Assembly: GCF_018399035.1 (NCBI RefSeq)
Contig: NZ_CP073760.1
Location: 4,288,269 to 4,352,268, forward strand
Origin: Thiocapsa sp.
Lineage (GTDB): Bacteria > Pseudomonadota > Gammaproteobacteria > Chromatiales > Chromatiaceae
DNA length: 64,000 bases
Reading direction: 5' to 3'
Shown piece after piece: positions 56,325-64,000 of this stretch (the stretch's first letter is position 1; each line of letters opens with the position of its first letter). Made by a program: the position numbers and the translations under genes. The notes beneath the pieces were generated by a model that saw only the letters and a list, made by a program, of their open reading frames with translations, did not search any database and was not told the origin of the DNA.

Positions 56325-56750
56325 TCAGTGAATGGTCATGGCGGACGCCAGCGAGAAGGCCGGGATATCGGCATCGAAGCGGGTCCCGTCGTCGCCGATC
56401 ATGCCGTAGCTGCCGTGCATGCTGCCGATCGGGGTGGCGATGATGGTGCCGCTCGTGTACTCGAAACGTTCACCCGGTCTCAGGTGCGGTTGCTCGCCCA
56501 CGACACCCTCTCCCCTGACCTCTTGAGCCTTGCCGTCCGCGTCCGTGATGATCCAGTGCCGATCGAGCAGGCGTGCCGATTGGCCGCCGTGATTCTCGAT
56601 CACAATCGTATAAGCGAACACATAGCGGCCTTCGTCGGGGGAAGACCGCTCCGGTTGGTACTGACTATTGGCCGAAATCTTGATCGAAAACTCTTTCACC
56701 TGAACCTCCACGTCGCAGACAAGCGCATCGGATCGCGTGATAATACACAT
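56325..56750 (-). CDS. apaG: ApaG (DUF525) protein
   Basis: C-terminal part of ORF 56325..57761. ATG at 56750 (an internal GTG is also possible). Sequence: ...GRYVFAYTIVIENHGGQSARLLDRHWIITDADGKAQEVRGEGVVGEQPHLRPGERFEYTS. Confidence 0.8.
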   Translation of the reverse strand: MCIITRSDALVCDVEVQVKEFSIKISANSQYQPERSSPDEGRYVFAYTIVIENHGGQSARLLDRHWIITDADGKAQEVRGEGVVGEQPHLRPGERFEYTSGTIIATPIGSMHGSYGMIGDDGTRFDADIPAFSLASAMTIH

Positions 56751-56855
56751 GGCCCCGTTGCGCGATCCAGGCACATCGGAGCATCCATTCATTTCGGTGT
56801 CCCGCAAGGACAGCGAGCCACGCAGCCAGAGTCCTAATTTCAGGTCGGTCGACGC

Positions 56856-57023
56856 ATGCGCCCCAACTCCTCTCCTTCCAAGCCCGATCTCGTGGTGTTG
56901 GTGATCGCCTTTGCGTTGATCGGAATGGTGGCGACTGTGGTCTATCAAATCGGTCTTTATGCGAGTGTCGAGCGCGCGCCGATCGCCAAGCAGGCGGTCG
57001 CACCGAAGGATTTCGGCGGCTGA
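56856..57023 (+). CDS. Possible 55-aa single-TM membrane protein (below the ORF-track length cutoff)
   Basis: Hand-translated: MRPNSSPSKPDLVVLVIAFALIGMVATVVYQIGLYASVERAPIAKQAVAPKDFGG. No homology evidence. Confidence 0.3.
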   Translation: MRPNSSPSKPDLVVLVIAFALIGMVATVVYQIGLYASVERAPIAKQAVAPKDFGG

Positions 57024-57146
57024 AGAGCTCGACGCGCGGGAGGACGACGTGATATCAACCGAGCCTCGGGACGCTATGCCGTGCGACCCACGCCAGGGTC
57101 CGTCCCCGGGGGCTCCGAGGCTCAACAACGCATCCGGTCGCAACCT

Positions 57147-58082
57147 ATGTCCGATAAACTCCGCGTCGCCGTCATCGGTGTCGGCTATCTGGGGCGCTTT
57201 CATGCCCTGATCTACTCGCGCATGCCGGATGTCGCGCTGGTGGGCGTCGTCGATGTCGATCCGGCCCGCGCCGCAGCGGTCGCCGCCGAGGCCGGATGTA
57301 CCGCCTGTGCGCGGATCGAGGATGTGATTGGGGGTGTGGATGCGGTCAGCATCGTGGTCCCGACGAGCGCGCATCTGGAGGCGGCAGCGCCTTTTCTCTC
57401 GCGGGGCATACCGGTCTTGCTCGAAAAGCCGATCGCGGCGAGCCTGGCCGACGGGGTCGAGATCGTCCGCCTGGCGCGCGCCCATCATGCGACCCTGCAA
57501 ATCGGGCATGTCGAGCGGTTCAACGCCGGAGTGATGGCGCTCGCGCAGCGCATCCACGCGCCCGTCTACATCGAAGCCCAACGGATGGGCGGCTTCACCG
57601 AGCGCGCAACCGATGTCGACGTGGTCTCGGACCTCATGATCCACGACATCGACATCATCCTCTCCCTGGTCGGGGGCGGCATTGCCAACATCTCGGCCGT
57701 CGGCGCATCGGTCCTGACGGATCACGTCGACATCGCAAGTGCCAGATTGGAGTTCGACCAAGGGACCGTGGCCAATGTCGTCGCCAGCCGCGTCTCGGAG
57801 AAGACCACGCGCCGGATCCGGGTCTTCCAGCCGGGCAGCTACCTCTCGCTCGACTTCATCGCGCAGACCATCGATATCGCCGCGCCCCGCAGTATCGCCG
57901 GTTCCGCACGCCCGGAGATCACGCGCGAGCGCATCAGTGTCGAGCCGGTCAAACCGCTGGATCTCGAGTTAGCCGAGTTCGTGCGCTGTATCCGCGAGGG
58001 ACGCCCGCCGCTGGTGGACGGACAGACTGGACTGAACGCGCTCGAGGTTGCTCTGGAGGTTCGGGCTCGTACTGGCCATTAA
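57147..58082 (+). CDS. Gfo/Idh/MocA-family NAD-dependent oxidoreductase (sugar dehydrogenase-like)
   Basis: ATG at 57147 (MSDKLRVAVIGVGYLGRFHALIY...VLLEKPIA...). Has a Rossmann GxGxxG and an EKP motif. Confidence 0.85.
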   Translation: MSDKLRVAVIGVGYLGRFHALIYSRMPDVALVGVVDVDPARAAAVAAEAGCTACARIEDVIGGVDAVSIVVPTSAHLEAAAPFLSRGIPVLLEKPIAASLADGVEIVRLARAHHATLQIGHVERFNAGVMALAQRIHAPVYIEAQRMGGFTERATDVDVVSDLMIHDIDIILSLVGGGIANISAVGASVLTDHVDIASARLEFDQGTVANVVASRVSEKTTRRIRVFQPGSYLSLDFIAQTIDIAAPRSIAGSARPEITRERISVEPVKPLDLELAEFVRCIREGRPPLVDGQTGLNALEVALEVRARTGH

Positions 58083-58120
58083 GCGACGATGCAGAAACAA
58101 GGTGAACACTTTGATGACGG

Positions 58121-58236
58121 GTAGGATGGGTAGAGCGTGAGCGAAACCCATCCTCCAAACCGCCGCGTTGCCGGGTTTCGGTCCGATGGCCTTGGCGCGG
58201 GCTGGATGGGTTTCGCTGACGCTCTACCCATCCTAC
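58121..58236. repeat. GTAG-type REP doublet (REPIN-like), family C, inverted copy
   Basis: Same arms as 18592-18706, with the interior in reverse complement. Confidence 0.85.
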
Positions 58237-58279
58237 ATCTCGCGGTTTTTTTGAACCGTCACTGTTCAAGAATTCGTTT

Positions 58280-58576
58280 CTAACCACTAACCACTAACCA
58301 CTCGTCGAGCGCAAGCTCGACCGACTCGCAGCGCGTCAGCACCTGTCGATGATCCTCGTCCGGCAGCGATGCGAGAAGACGATTCTCGAAGAGAGCGGAA
58401 TTCTTCTCGGGATGCACGTGGGGTCTCCTCGTGGGCCGGGTGGAACGGAAACACTCGGCAAGCGGAACGCGTTGTCGGGCAGCCGCGGGCGCTGTCTTAT
58501 CGCGCAGGGGCTCGCCGTCATCCCGATCGGTCACGTCCGCTTTCGGGCTCCTCGGCTCCATGTCCGGAATACGCAT
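58280..58576 (-). pseudogene. Possible remnant of a Crp/Fnr-type regulator N-terminus, cut off at a heptamer repeat
   Basis: The ORF tail ...NSALFENRLLASLPDEDHRQVLTRCESVELALDEWL resembles the start of a cNMP-binding domain. It ends inside (CTAACCA)x3 at 58282-58302. Weak call. Confidence 0.3.
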
Positions 58577-58722
58577 CGGTTAATCGTGCGACCACCAAAC
58601 GCTTATCCATGCCGGGAAAGGATTCCTTCAATACGTTTAAATCGTATTACAAGTCATCATTGAATCCATCGCGTTGCGTGCGCGGTCTTGTTCACTCCGA
58701 CCACATGGTCGGCTGCCTGCGT

Positions 58723-58811
58723 CGTCAGGCCATCCTGGCCTGACGGAATCAGGGCCGGAAGCCCTGACTACGCACTGTTCGTCAGCCACTGGCCGGGCAT
58801 ATGATCAAGGC
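58723..58811. repeat. Family D repeat (copy 2, inverted)
   Basis: Reverse complement of 13823-13911 with a few mismatches. Confidence 0.8.
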
Positions 58812-58937
58812 CGCGTGCGCTGTGATGACGGCGGGATGTGACGCGATGTTGTCAGGCCACGAAGGCTCGAGTGACGAACGGCGTTCTAGGGTAGAGTAGG
58901 GGCAAGCGCAACGCAGTCCACCAAGGCGGCGCAGGAA

Positions 58938-58979
58938 GTCGTTGTCGTAATCGACAACGACAACGACAACGACAACGAC
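58938..58979. repeat. Short family F-like palindrome with (CGACAA)n
   Basis: Sequence GTCGTTGTCGTAATCGACAACGAC(AACGAC)3. Confidence 0.7.
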
Positions 58980-58990
58980 TCGGTGGTGAC

Positions 58991-59078
58991 CTTCGCTCGT
59001 GACACCCGCTCTGCGGTGTCACGCATGCCCCGTGGCGCTCTGCGCCAAGTGCCACGATGGCCGGAATTACGAGCAAGG
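58991..59078. repeat. Family E repeat (copy 3), overlapping the first ATG of the glucan synthase ORF
   Basis: Sequence CTTCGCTCGTGACACCCGCTCTGCGGTGTCACGCATGCCCCGTGGCGCTCTGCGCCAAGTGCCACGATGGCCGGAATTACGAGCAAGG. Confidence 0.75.
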
Positions 59079-62000
59079 CCGCGTCGGAGATAGGACGTTT
59101 AAAGGAGAGTCATTTGGCGATTCGCGACACCCTGTTCCAGTTCAGGAGATGGCTTCCCGCTAAGGGTTTGATCAAGGCGCCTGTCGGCGACGAGCCGCCG
59201 TTGCGCTCGGAGCTTTTCAGCGCCGTTCAGATGGAAGAGCACGGCAAGCGCCTTGCCGATGCGCACGCCTTGATGCCCGGACATCCACCGGACCGTCTGC
59301 TCGCTCGCCTGACCGAGAATGAAACCATCCTGATCGGTGTGTGCCGATTGCTCATGGCCGCCGTCACGGAGAACCGTCGGATCGCGCCGGCCGGCGAATG
59401 GCTGCTCGACAATTTTTATCTGATCGAAGATCAGATCCGCACCGCCAAGCGACATCTTCCCAAGGGGTACAGCCGGCAACTGCCGCGCCTGCTCCAAGGA
59501 CCCTCCGCCGGACTGCCGCGCGTCTATGACCTCGCGCTGGAGATCATCGCCCATGGCGATGGTCGGGTCGACCCCGAAAACCTCAACCGTTTCGTCGCGG
59601 CCTATCAAACGGTCACCACCCTGCGGCTGGGCGAATTGTGGGCCATCCCGATCATGTTGCGCCTGGCGCTGATCGAGAATCTGCGCCGTGTCGCCGTGCT
59701 GATCGCCGCCAGCCGGACCGACCAAAACCTGGCCGATGTCTGGGCCGATCGGATGATGGCGATGGTCGAGCAGGACCCCAAGAATCTGATCCTGGTGATC
59801 GCCGACATGGCGCGCTCGAACCCGCCGCTGACGAGCGCCTTCGTGGCCGAGTTGGCGCGCCGACTGCAGGGTCAGAGCTCCGCCTTGGCCTTGCCTCTGA
59901 CCTGGATCGAGCAGCAGCTCGCCGAGTCGGGTCTGACGATCGAGCAGTTGGTGCAGTTGGAGAACCAGCAACAGGCCGCCGATCAGGTGTCCATCGGCAA
60001 CAGCATCGGCAGTCTGCGTTGCCTCGGGGCGACGGATTGGCGCGAGTTCGTGGAAACCATGAGCTTGGTCGAGCAGACCTTGCGCGAGGATCCGGGCGGG
60101 ATTTACGGCCGGATGGACTTTGCCACCCGCGACCGTTATCGGCACGTCGTGGAGAAGGTCGCGAAGAACAGCGCCTTGTCCGAGGCGGAGGTGGCGCGAC
60201 AGGCGGTCGAGCTGGCGCGCGCAGGCGCGCTCGGGAACGACGGTGCCGAGCGTGCGGCGCATGTGGGGTTTTATCTGATCGATCGCGGATTGCCGCGACT
60301 GGAGAGCCGGACGCGGGCCTGCCTCTGTACCCTGGAATCGCTGCAACGACGGAGTCGGCGGTTTCCCTTGTTTTTTTATCTCGGGGCGATCTTCCTGTTG
60401 ACGGCGCTCTTCACCGGGGCGCTCCTGGTGCAGTCCGGCAGCCTGTCGGGTTGGCTGCTCCTGCTCCTGATGGTATCTGCCGTGCTGGGCACCAGTCAGC
60501 TCGCGGTGGCGCTGGTGAACTGGCTGGCCACCTTGCTCGCGATACCCTATCCGCTGCCGCGCATGGATTTTTCCCTCGGCATTTCGTCGGAATCGCGCAC
60601 CCTGGTGGTGATCCCGACGATGCTCACCGGCGCGGCGAGCATCGAGGCGCTGATCGAGGGGCTGGAGGTGCGGTTTCTGGCCAATCGGGATGAGAGCCTG
60701 CACTTCGCCCTGCTGACCGATTTTCGCGATGCGCCGGCACAGACGCAGCCCGAAGACGAGACACTGGTCCGGCTGGCTGCGGAAGGGATCCAGACCCTGA
60801 ACGCGAAATACCCGCGCGACGGCGGCGCTTGCTTTTTCCTCTTCCACCGCCCGCGCCGCTGGAATCCGCAAGAGCGGATCTGGATGGGTTACGAGCGCAA
60901 GCGCGGCAAGCTCGCCGATCTCAACGCGCTATTGCGTGGCGGAGCCGGCGATCGCTTCGCAACGATCGTGGGCGAGACGCCGATCCTGCTTGGCGTGCGC
61001 TACGTCATTACCCTGGACACCGACACCCAACTCCCGCGCGATGCGGCGCGGGATCTGGTCGGGACCCTGGCACACCCGCTCAATCGGGCGCACTACGACC
61101 CCGAGCGGCAGGTCGTCTCGGAGGGCTACGGCATTCTGCAACCGCGCGTGGCCGTCAGTCTGCCCGGTGCGAATCGGTCGCGGTATGCGCGGATGCACGG
61201 GGACGACGCCGGCATCGATCCCTATACCCACGCCGTCTCCGATGTCTACCAGGATTGGTTCCAAGAAGGCTCCTTCATCGGCAAGGGCATCTACGATGTC
61301 GATGTCTTCGAGCAGGCGCTCGAGGGCCGTTTTCCGGAGAATCGCATCCTCAGCCATGACCTGCTGGAAGGCTGTCATGTCCGCTCGGGGTTGGTCTCCG
61401 ATGTGCAGTTGTATGAAGACTTTCCCGCCTGCTACAGCGTGGACGTGAGCCGACGCCACCGCTGGATTCGGGGCGACTGGCAAATCGCGCGCTGGCTGTC
61501 GCCGCGCGTTCCCGGTCTCGAAGGACGCCTGCGGAGGAACCCGCTCTCGGCGCTGTCGCGCTGGAAGCTGGCCGATAATCTGCGGCGCAGTCTCGTGCCG
61601 GCGGCGCTGACGCTGCTGTTCGTGCTGGGCTGGACACTCACGGCGTCCCCGGGGCTCTGGACCCTGGCCGTGCTCGGTATTTCATTGATCCCCTCGTTGC
61701 TGACCGCGCTCCTGAACGGCCTGCAAAAGCCGGGCGACGTGCGCTGGCGTGATCACCTCGCGGCCGCGCTCCGCACGGCGATCCGTCAGTTGGAGCAGGC
61801 CCTCTTTACCGTCGTCTGTCTCCCTTACGAGGGCTACTTCAGCCTGGATGCCACGGTCCGCACCCTCTGGCGAATGTGGGTCAGCCAGCGACGACTGCTC
61901 GAATGGACCTCGTCGGGCGATCTGGATCGCTCGCGTCGTGACATCGTCGCCTTTCACAAGACGATGTGGATCGCGCCCGTGCTGGCCCTGGTCACGATCT

Positions 62001-64000
62001 GCGCGCTGGCGTGGCTCGCCCCGGCCGTGCTGATCGTCGCGGGGCCGATCCTCTTGCTCTGGCTGGCCGCGCCCACCATCGCTTGGTGGATGAGCCGCCC
62101 CTTGACGCGTCGCGAGGCCCGCCTGACGGCCGAGCAGGTGCGTTTTCTGCGCGCCGTGTCCCGCAAGACCTGGGCCTTCTTCGAGCGGTTTGTCGGGCCG
62201 GAGGACCATTGGCTGCCGCCGGACAATTATCAGGAGCATCCCGTGCCGGTGCTCGCGCATCGCACCTCGCCGACCAATATGGGGATGTCGCTGCTCGCGA
62301 ATCTGGCCGCCTACGATTTCGGCTATCTGCCGGTGACTGGACTGATCGAGCGCACCACCAATACGCTGGGCACGATGGCCGGCATGGAGCGTTATCGCGG
62401 CCATTTCTTCAATTGGTACGACACCCAAACGCTGAAGCCGCTCGCGCCCTTCTATATCTCGTCGGTGGACAGCGGCAACCTCGCGGGTCATCTGCTGACC
62501 TTGCAGCCGGGTCTGCTCGCGCTGATCGACGCTCCCATCCTCAACCCACGCTGGCTGGACGGGATCGAGGACAGCTTCGGGATTCTGGCGGACGCGCTGC
62601 AAGCCGGTCCCGAGCCGCATCGCGATGGCGTCCTGCCGGCCGCGCTCGCGCCATTCAAACAGGCGCTGGAGTCGGCCTCGCGCTCGCCCCCGCCACGCTG
62701 GCGACGGCGCGCCGGTGTCTCGCGTCATTGGCAACAGCCGCCGAGGACGCGGCGCAGGCGTTGCATGCGCACACCGAAGGCGTCGCGAACGACTGGGCCG
62801 GGGCCTTGGCCCGTCAATGCCGCGCCGTCCTGGATGATCTGCTGTTGTTTGCTCCCTGTCTGGAGGCCCCGGTTGCGTTCGGCGCGGAAGGCTCCGGCGA
62901 TCTGTCCCTGACGCTGCGTCAGCTCGCCGGGCTCGAGGCGGAGCGGGGCGCCGGCGGCGCTGCCCGCGCGCGCATCGCCAGGCTCCAACACCTCGCCCAG
63001 CACGCCTGCGACCTGGCCGAAGCCGACTATGCCTTCCTGTACGACAGGTCGCGTCATCTGTTGGCGATCGGCTACAACGTCGGCGAGCGGCGGCAGGATG
63101 CGAGCTTCTACGACCTGCTGGCCTCGGAGGCGCGGCTCGGCAGTTTCGTGGCGATTGCGCAGGGCCATCTGCCGCAGGAGAGCTGGTTTGCCCTGGGGCG
63201 CCTGCTGACCGTCGCCGCCGGCGAGTCGACGCTCCTGTCGTGGAGCGGCTCCATGTTCGAATATCTCATGCCGCTGCTGGTGATGCCGACCTACGACAAC
63301 ACCCTGCTCGACCAGACCTATCGCACGGCAGTGGCACGGCAGATCGAGTACGGCAAGCTGCGCGGTGTTCCCTGGGGCGTGTCCGAATCCGGTTACAACA
63401 CCGTCGACCTTCATCTGAACTATCAGTACCGCGCCTTCGGCGTGCCCGGTTTGGGTCTCAAGCGCTGGCTGGCCGAGGATCTGGTCATTGCGCCCTATGC
63501 CTGCGCACTCGCGCTGATGGTGGCGCCAGAGGCGGCGTGCCGGAATCTCCAGCGGCTCGCCGCGAGCGGGTTCGAAGGCCGCTACGGCTTCTACGAGGCG
63601 ATCGACTACACGCCCTCCCGACTGCCCCGCGGGCAGACGAGCGCCGTGGTGCGCTCCTTCATGGCCCATCACCAGGGCATGAGTTTTCTGTCGCTGGCCT
63701 ATTTGCTCCTGGACCGTCCGATGCAGCGGCGCTTCATGGCGGCACCGATGTTTCAGGCGACCGCGCTGCTGCTGCAGGAGCGCATCCCCAAGACACCCTC
63801 CTTCTATCTGCACGCGACCGGCGAGCCCACCGACATCCGCACCACCGCAAGCAGCCAGGAGGCGGAGATCCGCGTGTTCACCAGCCCCAACACGCCCATC
63901 CCCGAGGTCAAGCTGTTGTCGAACAGCCGCTACCATGTGATGCTCACCAACGCGGGCGGCGGCTACAGCCGCTGGAAGGATCTGGCCGTCACCCGCTGGC
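59057..64000 (+). CDS. ndvB: Cyclic beta-1,2-glucan synthase (Cgs/NdvB/ChvB type), partial at the window end; -1 frame break in the given sequence
   Basis: ORF 59057..62911. Motifs: EPPLRSELFSAVQMEEHGKRLA, LLDNFYLIEDQIRTAKRHLPKGYSRQLPRL, GT84 region VVIPTML...ITLDTDTQLPRD. After ...ALESASRS the listed frame turns Arg-rich. An open frame (not in the track, no stop before 64000) continues PATLATARRCL...DYAFLYDRSRHLLAIGYNVGERRQDASFYDLLASEARL...SESGYNTVD.... The break is at C5 62687-62691. An alternative start is TTG 59114, with AAGGAG 6 nt upstream. Confidence 0.85.

Overview
High-GC gammaproteobacterial-type chromosomal window. Synteny is ubiE-ubiJ-ubiB, hslVU, gcvT-H-PA/PB, leuS-lptE-holA, nadD-rsfS and folA/apaH-apaG; it looks Chromatiales-like, but the taxon is inference only. 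Blocks: (1) 1-18.5 kb is an ABC-transporter-dependent polysaccharide/O-antigen-type cluster. It includes a 2,198-aa sulfotransferase/coiled-coil/repeat/WbsX/GT4/GT2 fusion carrying seven DNA-identical 63-bp repeats. (2) 18.7-24.9 kb holds ubiquinone genes plus HslVU. (3) 25.3-29.8 kb is a second, visibly AT-richer glycan module (double GT4 + GT-C). (4) 30.2-37 kb holds dgkA, the glycine cleavage genes behind a tandem glycine riboswitch, and tpx. (5) 39.5-45.3 kb is a small defence/mobile islet: a TumE/TumA-like TA pair, an ABC-type ATPase + RloB-like Toprim pair (OLD/PARIS/AbiL-class candidate anti-phage module), an orphan ORF and an ISAzo13-family IS. (6) 45.4-58 kb is housekeeping. (7) 59-64 kb is a cyclic beta-1,2-glucan synthase that runs off the window. 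Almost every intergenic spacer is filled by short repeat families, several nested in each other: TA-flanked AACCGCG-TIR MITEs, IS-end-related MITEs with 3-bp duplications, GTAG-type REP/REPIN doublets and microsatellite-bearing palindromes. Six genes show seven -1 frame breaks at short homopolymers (two of them in the IS transposase), most parsimoniously base-calling errors. No rRNA, tRNA or CRISPR array was seen. All domain calls come from reading motifs in the translations, not from database searches.
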